From assembly GCA_018817795.1 (NCBI GenBank), contig JAHITJ010000199.1, positions 11,682 through 75,681 on the forward strand: DNA of 64,000 nucleotides, written 5' to 3'. Both the position numbers and the translations under genes were made by a program. Shown piece by piece: positions 35,791-44,756 of the stretch. Under the pieces are notes generated by a model that searched no databases, was not told the origin of the DNA, and saw only the letters and a list, made by a program, of their open reading frames with translations. The DNA comes from Myxococcota bacterium (GTDB lineage: Bacteria; Myxococcota_A; Polyangia; HGW-17). The number at the start of each line of letters is the position of its first letter. Position 1 is the stretch's first letter.

Positions 35791-37425
35791 ATGATGAACA
35801 CCCTGCTTTCCCTGCGCCGTTTTTGGTTCGTCCTGCTCGTGGTCGGATGTACCTCGGGTCATCCTTTCCGCATCACGAATTCCATGGATCTTTCCGAGGC
35901 CTCCTCCGGACCGACCGTCACGAAGATCCTGGATCTGGGCAACGCCGAGGTGCCCACGGCCGGCGACGTGACCCGCACGGGCATGAATTCCCAGGCCGTG
36001 ATTGGCGAACTGCTGTTCGTGCAGGGCAAGGAATTCGGCCGCGGACCCTCGGTGTCCGTCGGCGGCCTTCCCGCGGTGGTGCTGGCCCGCACCGAAAACG
36101 GCGGCCTCCTGGTCCGCGTGCCTGTGGGCGTCCCCGCCGGCAGGCAGAACGTGGTTGTCTCCACGCATAAGGGTGTCTCCTCGTTTCCGTTCGAGTTCCG
36201 CCGGTTCGCCGCGGCCGGAAGCCCCGGCAACTCCAAGATCTCCCTGATGGAAGCACCCGCCTTCAAGGAAATCTCGACGATCGACATCGGCGCGGATCCT
36301 GCCGCCATCGAGTTCTCCCACACCAAACCGATGTTGTACATCGTGACCCAGACCCCGGCGTCGTGCCGCGAAAAGCCCGCAGGCGCGGACTGTGTGCCGC
36401 ACCTGCTGACCGTCGACCTGACCCTTCCGGATTTCCCTGTGGTGCAGAAGCAGAAGTTGATCTCCGGATACGTCCTGAACTTCTCGCTGGCGCGCACCCA
36501 GGACCGGGCCCTGGTCGCCACCTCGGTCGGCCTGCAGGTTGTCAGCCTCGAGTACCGAACCCCGATCGTCCATCAGAAGGCCGCCTGGACCACGAAGACC
36601 CCCGGCAAGGACGTGCTGCAGGCGCTGATCTCGCCCGACGGCAAGACTGCTGCAGTGCTGCTGCGCACGGAGAACAGGCTCTCCCTGTTTGACGTGTCCG
36701 TACCTGACGTCCCCAAGGAAGGGCCCCAGATCAACCTTCTGCCCGAAGAGAAGGCGCCCCTGGTCAAGACCATGGCGTTCCATGGCACCCGCTCGACGCA
36801 GACCCTGTACGTGGCCGCCGGCGACACGCCCGAAAGCCTTGTGGTGGGCTGGCACCCCGGAATCATCCTCTCCACGGAGTTAATCTCCGCGAGGGACCGC
36901 ACGGTGGAACCAGAACTGAAGATCATTGCCCAACTGCCGCTGCCCCAGGAAAAGGTGACCCCCGTGCACATGGCAGTCTCCCTGCTTGGTGCCACGGAGG
37001 TCGAGGACACCCAGCGCACGGAATGGACGCACTTCCTGTACATCTCACTGGTGCATGGTGAACTGATGTCACTGTCGAACAATCCCCTGTCGACGCCCTC
37101 GGGCCTTCAGATGGGCGTTGAACTGATCGACTCGCTGAAAATGATCGGTTTCCTTTCCCGGCTGGATCACAAGCAGAATTTCAAGTCCTTCTCGTCGGAT
37201 CCGGCCGTCACCGGCGCCCTGGCTCCAGCCCATCACGGCAAGGAACTGCTGTCCATCCGCTGCGTGCCCCACAGTTCCAAGGAGCCGCTGGAGATGTCGC
37301 TGGAGTGCGGACTGCACCTGATGAACCTGCACACGGGCAAGGGCGAGTTCCGTCCCATGGGCAAGCTCTCCAAGGCACAGTTCGTGTCTCCGTTTACCTT
37401 TGGGGCGGTGGCCGTCCAGGAATGA
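35791..37425 (+). CDS. lipoprotein with IPT/TIG-like domain followed by a probable beta-propeller region
   Basis: ORF 35755..37425 trimmed to ATG 35791. MMNTLLSLRRFWFVLLVVGC lipobox. GELLFVQGKEFGRGPSVSVGGLPAVVLARTENGGLLVRVPVGVPAGRQNVVV is IPT/TIG-like. Confidence 0.55.
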   Translation: MMNTLLSLRRFWFVLLVVGCTSGHPFRITNSMDLSEASSGPTVTKILDLGNAEVPTAGDVTRTGMNSQAVIGELLFVQGKEFGRGPSVSVGGLPAVVLARTENGGLLVRVPVGVPAGRQNVVVSTHKGVSSFPFEFRRFAAAGSPGNSKISLMEAPAFKEISTIDIGADPAAIEFSHTKPMLYIVTQTPASCREKPAGADCVPHLLTVDLTLPDFPVVQKQKLISGYVLNFSLARTQDRALVATSVGLQVVSLEYRTPIVHQKAAWTTKTPGKDVLQALISPDGKTAAVLLRTENRLSLFDVSVPDVPKEGPQINLLPEEKAPLVKTMAFHGTRSTQTLYVAAGDTPESLVVGWHPGIILSTELISARDRTVEPELKIIAQLPLPQEKVTPVHMAVSLLGATEVEDTQRTEWTHFLYISLVHGELMSLSNNPLSTPSGLQMGVELIDSLKMIGFLSRLDHKQNFKSFSSDPAVTGALAPAHHGKELLSIRCVPHSSKEPLEMSLECGLHLMNLHTGKGEFRPMGKLSKAQFVSPFTFGAVAVQE

Positions 37426-37428
37426 TTC

Positions 37429-38298
37429 ATGAAAGACGCAATGACCATCCGTTCATTCGCGGAGATGAAAAAGACGGGACGGAAGATCGTCACCGTCACA
37501 GCCTATGACGCCACCTTCGCACAATTATGTGAGGCCGCCGGTGTCGACATCGTGCTCGTCGGCGACAGCCTGGGGATGGTGATCCAGGGCCATCCCAACA
37601 CACTTCCGGTCACACTCGATCAGATGTTGTACCACACGCGCATCGTTTCCCGGGGTCTGAGCCGGGCGTTCCTGGTCATGGATCTGCCTTTCCACAGCGT
37701 GCCTGTCTCCCTGGATAGCGCAACTGCCGCGGCCGTGCGCGCCCTGTCGGAAGGAAACGCGCAGGCAGTGAAGGTCGAGGGTGCCACGCCCTATGTGCTG
37801 CAACTGGTCTCGCACCTGTCCTCCCACGGCATACCGGTCATGGGACACGTGGGCCTGATTCCCCAGTCCGTCCACCAGATGGGCGGCTTCCGCATTCAGG
37901 GCAAGACCCCTGAAACCGGGGCGAGGCTCCTCGATGGGGCCCGCCTGCTTCAGGAAGCGGGCGCTTTTTCCATCGTCCTGGAGGCGATCCCCCATGCCCT
38001 GGCACGGGAGATCACCGACGCGGTTACGATCCCGACGATCGGCATCGGCGCGGGACCGCACTGCGACGGGCAGGTGCTGGTGTCCTATGACCTGCTCGGC
38101 CTCAATGAGACGTACTGTCCGCGTTTCGTGAAGAAATATGCCCAGCTCGCCGAGATCGCCAAGCAAGCTCTGGGGGACTATGCCTCCGAGGTCCGCGCCG
38201 GCATATTCCCTCCCGCCGACGAACGCGGCGGAAAACCTCCCGCCGACGAACGCGGCGGAAAACCTCCCGCCGAGACCCCGAAGCCGGAAAAACCATGA
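37429..38298 (+). CDS. panB: 3-methyl-2-oxobutanoate hydroxymethyltransferase
   Basis: KIVTVTAYDA, LVGDSLGMV, canonical PanB core. The extra C-terminal tail contains PPADERGGK twice. Confidence 0.9.
   Translation: MKDAMTIRSFAEMKKTGRKIVTVTAYDATFAQLCEAAGVDIVLVGDSLGMVIQGHPNTLPVTLDQMLYHTRIVSRGLSRAFLVMDLPFHSVPVSLDSATAAAVRALSEGNAQAVKVEGATPYVLQLVSHLSSHGIPVMGHVGLIPQSVHQMGGFRIQGKTPETGARLLDGARLLQEAGAFSIVLEAIPHALAREITDAVTIPTIGIGAGPHCDGQVLVSYDLLGLNETYCPRFVKKYAQLAEIAKQALGDYASEVRAGIFPPADERGGKPPADERGGKPPAETPKPEKP
38209..38274 (+). repeat. perfect 27-bp tandem duplication (plus a 12-bp partial third copy) at the 3' end of panB
   Basis: CCTCCCGCCGACGAACGCGGCGGAAAA occurs at 38209-38235 and 38236-38262, then CCTCCCGCCGAG. 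Confidence 0.9.
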
Positions 38299-39158
38299 CG
38301 ATCCATGAATCCGTGATCATCACCAGTCCGGAATGGATGCGGCGGTTCGTTGCCGCGCGCAGGGCCGAGGGCCGGCGTATCGCCTTCGTCCCGACCATGG
38401 GATACCTGCATGAAGGTCACCTTTCCCTGGTGGAGAAAGCTTCGGAGCTGGCCGACTGTGTCATCGTCTCGATCTTTGTGAATCCGATGCAGTTCGGACC
38501 CAATGAGGATCTCGACCGGTATCCTCGCGATCTCGACGGGGATCTTCAGAAACTTTCCGGTTATCCGGTGCAGGCTGTGTTCTGCCCGGCCGCCACGGAT
38601 CTCTATCCTGCCGGATTCCAGACGAGCATTCATGTCGAGCGTGTATCGGCCCCACTTTGTGGGGCGGCCCGCCCCGGCCATTTTACTGGTGTGGCCACGA
38701 TCGTGCTGAAACTGTTCAACATTCTAAGGCCCGACATCGCGGTGTTTGGACTCAAGGACTACCAGCAGTTCCAGGTCATCCGGACGATGGTGAAGGATCT
38801 GGACGTGCCCGTGGAGATCGTCGGCTGCGAGATCGTTCGCGAGACCGACGGACTGGCAAGGAGCTCCCGCAACGTGTTCCTGACGCCGGACCAGCGCGCC
38901 GCCGCGGTGATCCTTCACCGTACACTCGAAGATGCGGCCACCTGGATCAGCACGGGCCGGCTGGTTCGGGCCTCCGAGGTCGAACTTTTCCTGTCCGAAC
39001 GCATCGCCGCCGAACCGCAGGCACGCATCGACTATGTCTCGTGTCGCGACGCGGCCTCCCTGGAGGCCATCGACGTCCTCGATTCACCTGTCGTGCTGGC
39101 GGTGGCCGTCTTCTTCGGCCGCACCCGATTAATTGACAACCGTGTCATTTCCGTTTGA
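38295..39158 (+). CDS. panC: pantoate--beta-alanine ligase
   Basis: VPTMGYLHEGHLSLV (HxGH). ATGA overlap with the panB stop. Confidence 0.9.
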   Translation: MTIHESVIITSPEWMRRFVAARRAEGRRIAFVPTMGYLHEGHLSLVEKASELADCVIVSIFVNPMQFGPNEDLDRYPRDLDGDLQKLSGYPVQAVFCPAATDLYPAGFQTSIHVERVSAPLCGAARPGHFTGVATIVLKLFNILRPDIAVFGLKDYQQFQVIRTMVKDLDVPVEIVGCEIVRETDGLARSSRNVFLTPDQRAAAVILHRTLEDAATWISTGRLVRASEVELFLSERIAAEPQARIDYVSCRDAASLEAIDVLDSPVVLAVAVFFGRTRLIDNRVISV

Positions 39159-39208
39159 ATGTACCCGCCCGGGTGGTGTCATCCACCCGTTCCAGAAGGA
39201 GTCTCCCG

Positions 39209-40798
39209 ATGAAAGACCATCTCCCGTTTCAGGCCCGTTGGACCGTCAAAGTGCTGCAGTGGCTTCTCTCCCGCGAGGTGTCACTCGAGGAGATGCTGCA
39301 GGACGAGGATGTGCTCTCCGGCGTCGTCACCTATCTGACCAAGAAAGTCTCCGTGGAAAGCGAGCTGCCGGGCCAGAAGGAGAACCTGGAGAAGGTCTCC
39401 ACCATGGAAAAGGAATTGGACTTTGTGCGCTGCCGTCTGCAGGGTGCCGATCAGCAGCGCAAGAATGAGGTGCAGGACCTCGAGAACCGCAATTCCGAAC
39501 TGCGCGAAGAGGTGGTCAAGCTCACCCACAAGGTCCGCGCCGCCGAGAAGGAGATCCTGGAAGCCAACTTCGCCTCGGGCACCACCAAGGCGGCCCTGAA
39601 AAAACTGGAAGAAGAACTGCGGGAACTGCGGAAGAAACTCGAAAAGACCGAACTGGAGCTCGCCCAGCGAAATGAGGAGCTCGCCCAGGCGCAGGCTCGT
39701 CACGCAGAGGTTCGGGCTGAAATTGATCTGATTCACGCGTCCCTGGCTCGTTCCGAGAAGGATTTCAACAGCCGCCTGATCATGCAGAATTCCCACTGGG
39801 AGGACGAGAAGAACCGGCTGCTGTTCATGCTCGAGGAACGAGACAACGCGCTGTCCGAGGCCCGCGAAGGGCAGGCCGCCGCCACACGGGAGATCGTCTC
39901 TGTCTCCCGGAACCTCGAGGACAACCTTGAGCGTCTGGCGCTGCTCGAGGTGGAGGCCGTACAAAAGGGTGTGCCCATGGTGAAGGTGGGCTACGAACCC
40001 GTCGTCGGGGAGAAGGCTGCCCGCGCGGTCGCTGAGAAAAAACTCAAGAAGGAAGAGGACACGCCGGCTCCGAAGGCCTCCCGTCGCAAGAGCGCTCTGC
40101 CTGACTTCGATCCGATCTCGGCGGTGGTGGGCTTCTCCACGGCCAACATGTTCGAACTGTCCGACGACGCCCGCTACACCGAGATCGTGAACCTGGACGT
40201 GGAGAGCATCCCCGAGCCAAACGCCCACCCGGTGAAGGAAAAAAATCACCAGATCCGCAAAGAGAAGACCGAGAAACCGACCGAGAAACCGGCCGATAAG
40301 AAGACCACTGGAAAATCGGTCGAAAAAACCGGCACCCAGAAGTCTTCACGGAAAAAGGGCGAACGAACGGTCCCCCAGAAGACCGCCGAGAAACCGGCCG
40401 ATAAGCCCGCTCCCCAGAAGACCGCCGAGAAACCGGCCGATAAGTCCGCTCCCCAGAAGACCGCCGAGAAACCGGCCGATAAGCCCGCTCCCCAGAAGAC
40501 CGCCGAGAAACCGGCCGATAAGCCCGCTCCCCAGAAGACCGCCGAGAAACCGGCCGATAAGCCCGCTCCTCAGAGAGTCGCCGATAAGCCGGCACAACAG
40601 CCGGCCAAAAACGGCCAAAGAAACTCCCGGAATCCGCAACAGCCGCAAAACCAGGCCCGGAATCCCCAGAAAGGCGCACAACCTGCGGCCAATTCCTCCC
40701 AGCCGGGCTCGACAGGCCAGCAGCCTGGCTCGGGCCGATCTAGGAAGTCCCGCCCCCGGCGTCGACCTCGACACAGCCCGGGTGAATCACGTCAGTGA
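39209..40798 (+). CDS. coiled-coil protein with basic Lys/Pro/Ala-rich repeat tail
   Basis: ORF 39155..40798 trimmed to ATG 39209 (GAAGGAG, 7-nt spacer). Heptad-rich region ([22 protein letters not shown]..., [30 protein letters not shown]). C-terminal ([13 protein letters not shown])x5 and an Arg/Gln-rich end. Confidence 0.6.
   Translation: MKDHLPFQARWTVKVLQWLLSREVSLEEMLQDEDVLSGVVTYLTKKVSVESELPGQKENLEKVSTMEKELDFVRCRLQGADQQRKNEVQDLENRNSELREEVVKLTHKVRAAEKEILEANFASGTTKAALKKLEEELRELRKKLEKTELELAQRNEELAQAQARHAEVRAEIDLIHASLARSEKDFNSRLIMQNSHWEDEKNRLLFMLEERDNALSEAREGQAAATREIVSVSRNLEDNLERLALLEVEAVQKGVPMVKVGYEPVVGEKAARAVAEKKLKKEEDTPAPKASRRKSALPDFDPISAVVGFSTANMFELSDDARYTEIVNLDVESIPEPNAHPVKEKNHQIRKEKTEKPTEKPADKKTTGKSVEKTGTQKSSRKKGERTVPQKTAEKPADKPAPQKTAEKPADKSAPQKTAEKPADKPAPQKTAEKPADKPAPQKTAEKPADKPAPQRVADKPAQQPAKNGQRNSRNPQQPQNQARNPQKGAQPAANSSQPGSTGQQPGSGRSRKSRPRRRPRHSPGESRQ
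40373..40567 (+). repeat. 39-bp in-frame tandem repeat, 5 near-identical copies
   Basis: The unit CCCCAGAAGACCGCCGAGAAACCGGCCGATAAGCCCGCT occurs five times with a single substitution (AAGTCC in copy 2). A degenerate sixth copy follows. Confidence 0.9.
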
Positions 40799-41783
40799 GC
40801 CTGGCTTCGAGTTGCTCACCAAGCGCCGGAGACGTCCGCAGCGCCTCCACCGACCGTTCCCGTCCCTGTCCGAGCCGATCCCCGTCCAACGAATACCAGG
40901 AGCCCGATTTCGCGATCAGGCCCGTCTCCACACCCAGATCGAAGAGTTCATGCATGCGGGAGATACCGCGATCGAACCACAACTCGATCTCTGCCACAGA
41001 GAACGGCGGTGCGACCTTGTTCTTGACCACCTTCACTTTGATCTTGTTCCCGACAATGTTCTCGCCTTCCTTCACGTGACCGGTCCTGCGGATGTCCATG
41101 CGTACTGAACTGAAGAACTTCAGCGCCTGTCCTCCCGGCGTCGTCTCAGGAGAACCGAACATCACACCGATCTTCATGCGGATCTGGTTGATGAAGATCA
41201 CGGTCGTGCGGCTCCTCGAGCAGTGCGCAGTGATCTTCCTCAACGCCTTGCTCATCAGGCGCGCCTGAAGGCCGACCTGCATGTCGGTCATCTCTCCATC
41301 GATCTCGGCCTTGGGCACCAGTGCCGCAACAGAGTCCACGACGATCAGGTCGGCGCCACCCTCGGAAACAAGGATGTCCACGACCTCGAGCGCCTGTTCC
41401 CCGTAGTCCGGCTGGGAGATCATCAGGTTCGAAGTGTCCACCCCCAGTTTCTCGGCATATCCAAGGTCCAGGGCGTGTTCAGCATCGATGAACGCGCACA
41501 GCCCTCCGCGCTTCTGGGCCTGGGCAACGACCGACAGAGCCAGAGAGGTCTTTCCCGTGCTCTCCGGACCGTAGATCTCGACGACCCGGCCACGCGGCAG
41601 TCCGCCCACACCCAACGCCCGGTCCAGCGCGAAAGAACCGGTGGAAATCACCTCGACGGCCTCCCGTCCACGTCCGTCGAAGGTCATCAATGCACCTGCG
41701 CCGATTCGCTTCTCCACCTCCCCTATGGCGCGACGCAGCCTTTCCTGAACAGGGTTTTCCGACAGTTTCTGGATTGAAATCAT
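40740..41783 (-). CDS. recA: recombinase RecA
   Basis: ORF 40740..42116 trimmed to ATG 41783 behind [18 protein letters not shown] Walker [40 protein letters not shown]. Confidence 0.92.
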   Translation of the reverse strand: MISIQKLSENPVQERLRRAIGEVEKRIGAGALMTFDGRGREAVEVISTGSFALDRALGVGGLPRGRVVEIYGPESTGKTSLALSVVAQAQKRGGLCAFIDAEHALDLGYAEKLGVDTSNLMISQPDYGEQALEVVDILVSEGGADLIVVDSVAALVPKAEIDGEMTDMQVGLQARLMSKALRKITAHCSRSRTTVIFINQIRMKIGVMFGSPETTPGGQALKFFSSVRMDIRRTGHVKEGENIVGNKIKVKVVKNKVAPPFSVAEIELWFDRGISRMHELFDLGVETGLIAKSGSWYSLDGDRLGQGRERSVEALRTSPALGEQLEARLTDVIHPGCVEVDAGGGTS

Positions 41784-42241
41784 CTCTTTTCCTCCTGATT
41801 TCGGTTGATTTTTTCCGTGGCCCATTCCTGCCAGGGCCTGGCCAGTCCATGGAGAACATGTAGTTGGGTGCGCAACTGCGGATCGGGTCCGCCTTCGGCC
41901 GACCCAGAGGGATCCGCTGCCGGCACCGCGGGGACCGTGGGCCACGCCAAATCCGGCTGCCACGGGGGCGCCGTTGGACCGGGAGGCCCGTCCGAGGATG
42001 CCTCGGGACCGACGAGCAGGCGCATGAGCGTCCACATCCGCCGCGCCTCGGACCGGTTGATCAGACCCCGGCCTACCCCCCATCGCAGAACGCGGGCCAG
42101 GTCCGGCATCGCCCATGACACGCGGTTCAGGCAGGACCAGACCGCCCCGCGGGCAAGTGTCCCATACAACCGCATCGGATGATGCTGATTGCGAATCTCC
42201 ACCTTGATGAGCATTTCAGTAATCAGCGGAAGAACGTCCAT
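41780..42241 (-). CDS. hypothetical Trp/Pro-rich protein translationally coupled to recA
   Basis: ORF 41780..42271 trimmed to ATG 42241 behind AAAGGAGGAAAG. Its TGA overlaps the recA ATG (ATGA at 41783-41780). G/C-ending codons predominate. No family recognised. Confidence 0.45.
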   Translation of the reverse strand: MDVLPLITEMLIKVEIRNQHHPMRLYGTLARGAVWSCLNRVSWAMPDLARVLRWGVGRGLINRSEARRMWTLMRLLVGPEASSDGPPGPTAPPWQPDLAWPTVPAVPAADPSGSAEGGPDPQLRTQLHVLHGLARPWQEWATEKINRNQEEKR

Positions 42242-42408
42242 CTTTCCTCCTTTGCTGAGGTGGATTCGCAAACGGCATGCCAGTTAGGAAATTATTGATT
42301 TTGTTGGATATTTAGACAAACAGGGAAACACGGACCCGATGTGATTTCACCGCAGACGGCCAAGGTCGACCAGTTCAGGTCACGCCTGCTACAAATGGGG
42401 GGAACCGG

Positions 42409-44592
42409 CTATCGTTTCTTAGGAGGAATCCCGGGGTCCACGATCGGCAGATCCGGCCGGCTGTGGTCAGGATAACTGTAATCGGGATAGGAATTCGTGC
42501 TCTGGTAGTACGGATTCGGATAGGAGTGCCACTGTCCATCGTCGCCGTAGTAGCCCTGAGGCTGCTGCTGCTGTTGGTCGTACGGATACCATTGGCCGTC
42601 CTCGCCGTAGTAGCCCTGCGCCTGCTGCTGCTGGGCGTACGGATACCATCGCCCATCCTCGCCGTAGTAGCCCTGTGCCTGCTGCTGCTGCGTGTACGGA
42701 TACCACTGTCCGTCCTCGCCGTAGTAGCCCTGCGCCTGCTGCTGCTGGGCGTACGGATACCACTGACCATCCTCGCCGTAGTAGCCCTGAGGCTGCTGCT
42801 GCTGGGCGTACGGATACCATTGGCCATCCTCGCCGTAGTAGCCCTGCGCCTGCTGCTGCTGTGGATATGGATACCACTGACCATCCTCCCCATAATATCC
42901 CTGCACCTGCTGGGAGGGAGTGCTTCCGGGCCGGTAGGCGGCCGTCTCGTCGACAAAGCTCTCTTCCGGAGGAATGGAAGGTTCCTGGATAAACGAATTG
43001 TTCTGGGCGGACAACTCACCGTAGGGTGACACGTAGGAGGGATATTCCGGCTGTTCTACAGAAGCATATCCGCCCGAGGGCATTCCCGTCGCTCGCGGAT
43101 CGAACGGCTGCTCCGAGCCCGCGTATCCGTTGTTGGACGGCGCTCCTGTCGCTCGCGGGTTGAACGCCCCAGCGGCCGGTTGTTCTTCGTAGGGATACTG
43201 GTTTTCCTGCGTGAAGGTTGGATATTCGACAGACTGGCGGTTCGCCTCCCGCCGCGGGGCATCGAGATCGAGGGAACCGGAGAAACCGGGGGCCGCGATT
43301 TCCTTGTGCTGCACCTGGGGTGTCTTGACGGAACCTCCCGAAGAGGCTCCACGCGAAACGGAGGACTTCTTCAGCGGGACGCGAGAGACCACGGTGCGAT
43401 CCTGCTGGGATTCCTCGTCGTCCTCGTCGTCGATCTCCTCGATCTCCTCGATGTCCTCCATGACAAGATCGCCGGCGTCGAGTTCCTCGGCCTCCTCGAG
43501 GCGCTTCTTGCCAAGATCGGTCACGGAAGGGTACTTCAGGAAGTCTTCCTTCTTGATGTCGGCATACTTGCTGCGCTTCTCCTGTTCGGCCTCGGCTTCC
43601 TCCGGGAAGTTCTCCCTGAGGAATTTCTCCAGACTGGTGGTGTTCCAGAAGTTGCGCGTCTTGAAGGCGGCCTGGTTGATGTCCTGGGCGAACTCCTCGG
43701 CCGTCTGGTAGCGGTTCTCCCGGTCGTGGGCCAGCGCTTTCATCACGACATCGCAGATCTCCTCGGGCAGATCGTCCCGGATTTCACGGATGTCCGGATA
43801 ATCGCCGTTCATGATCTTGCGCAGGTTGTCCAGTTCGTTGGGCTCGGAGAACAGGATGCGACCGGCGAGAAGCTCCCACAGGCCCACTCCCAGGGAGAAG
43901 ATGTCCGAACGACCGTCAAGCATCTTCCCCTGCAGTTGCTCCGGGGTCATGTAACCGAATTTGCCCTTCACGATGCCGGCCTGGGTCTTCGTCTCACGCT
44001 GGGCAGCCTTGGCGATGCCGAAATCGATCAACTTCACGGCCCCTTCGATCGAAACCAGGATGTTCGCCGGCGTCACGTCCCGGTGGACGATGCCCAGCGG
44101 ACGCCCGTCGCGGTCGGGCAACGCGTGGGCGTAGTCGAGTCCCTCGCAGACCCGCGCGATGATGTGCAGGGCAGCACCGGCGGGAACCTGTTTTTTCTTG
44201 TCCCAGAACGTCTTGGCCAGGTGCTTGAGCGAGAAGCCGGGGATGTATTCCATGACCTGGTACAGGTGTTCCCCGAAGTCATCGCTGATCTTTCCGAAGT
44301 CGAAGACCTGGCAGATGTTGGCGTGCTGCAGGCGCGCGGCGATCTTCGCCTCGTCAATGAACATGGTAACGAAGTTCTCGTCCTCGCTGATGTGCGGAAG
44401 AATCGTCTTGATCGCGACGGTCTTCTGGAATCCCTCGACGCCGAAGGATTTCGCCAGGCACACCTCGGCCATACCCCCTGTGCTGATGCGCTCCAGCAGC
44501 AGGTAGTCGCCGAACCGGACGGGAAAGACATTATTTGTAATAAGACACCTCAATCCGGAAACAACAGAAAAACGCCCGTTGCCGGCATCCAT
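42409..44592 (-). CDS. Ser/Thr protein kinase with acidic linker and C-terminal Gln/Tyr/Gly-rich tandem repeats
   Basis: ORF 42409..44739 (GTG start). ATG 44592 is preferred because it leaves room for a divergent promoter. GGMAEVCLA, VAIKTI, HRDVTPANIL, DFGIA, GYMTPEQ. No TM segment. Seven (QQQQAQGYYGEDGQWYPYA)-like units. Confidence 0.8.
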   Translation of the reverse strand: MDAGNGRFSVVSGLRCLITNNVFPVRFGDYLLLERISTGGMAEVCLAKSFGVEGFQKTVAIKTILPHISEDENFVTMFIDEAKIAARLQHANICQVFDFGKISDDFGEHLYQVMEYIPGFSLKHLAKTFWDKKKQVPAGAALHIIARVCEGLDYAHALPDRDGRPLGIVHRDVTPANILVSIEGAVKLIDFGIAKAAQRETKTQAGIVKGKFGYMTPEQLQGKMLDGRSDIFSLGVGLWELLAGRILFSEPNELDNLRKIMNGDYPDIREIRDDLPEEICDVVMKALAHDRENRYQTAEEFAQDINQAAFKTRNFWNTTSLEKFLRENFPEEAEAEQEKRSKYADIKKEDFLKYPSVTDLGKKRLEEAEELDAGDLVMEDIEEIEEIDDEDDEESQQDRTVVSRVPLKKSSVSRGASSGGSVKTPQVQHKEIAAPGFSGSLDLDAPRREANRQSVEYPTFTQENQYPYEEQPAAGAFNPRATGAPSNNGYAGSEQPFDPRATGMPSGGYASVEQPEYPSYVSPYGELSAQNNSFIQEPSIPPEESFVDETAAYRPGSTPSQQVQGYYGEDGQWYPYPQQQQAQGYYGEDGQWYPYAQQQQPQGYYGEDGQWYPYAQQQQAQGYYGEDGQWYPYTQQQQAQGYYGEDGRWYPYAQQQQAQGYYGEDGQWYPYDQQQQQPQGYYGDDGQWHSYPNPYYQSTNSYPDYSYPDHSRPDLPIVDPGIPPKKR
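42520..42912 (-). repeat. 57-bp in-frame tandem repeat, ~7 copies
   Basis: The plus-strand unit GTACGGATACCAnTGnCCnTCCTCGCCGTAGTAGCCCTGnGCCTGCTGCTGCTGnGC is reiterated. Most differences fall on third codon positions. Confidence 0.9.
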
Positions 44593-44756
44593 CGGAAACA
44601 GGTCAAACAATGGAAGTCTGAAATCACAGCTTCCGATCAAAATGGTGTAACCAAGATCACCATTGAATGCAATCGGAAAAAGCAGCGTCCATCGGGGGTA
44701 TTTTGTGCTAATATGCAACCCTGCGGCCGGTCCGGACACCGACGCAAAGAGGTTCC

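Noticed and set aside
42242-42408. Search for a LexA/SOS box upstream of the recA unit (CTGT-N8-ACAG, GAAC-N4-GTTC, GTTC-N7-GTTC, and the myxobacterial ...GTTCAG type)
   Set aside because: Only partial resemblances were found (GAACTGGTCGAC, and a GTTCAG without the upstream half). None satisfies a known consensus, so no SOS operator is claimed.
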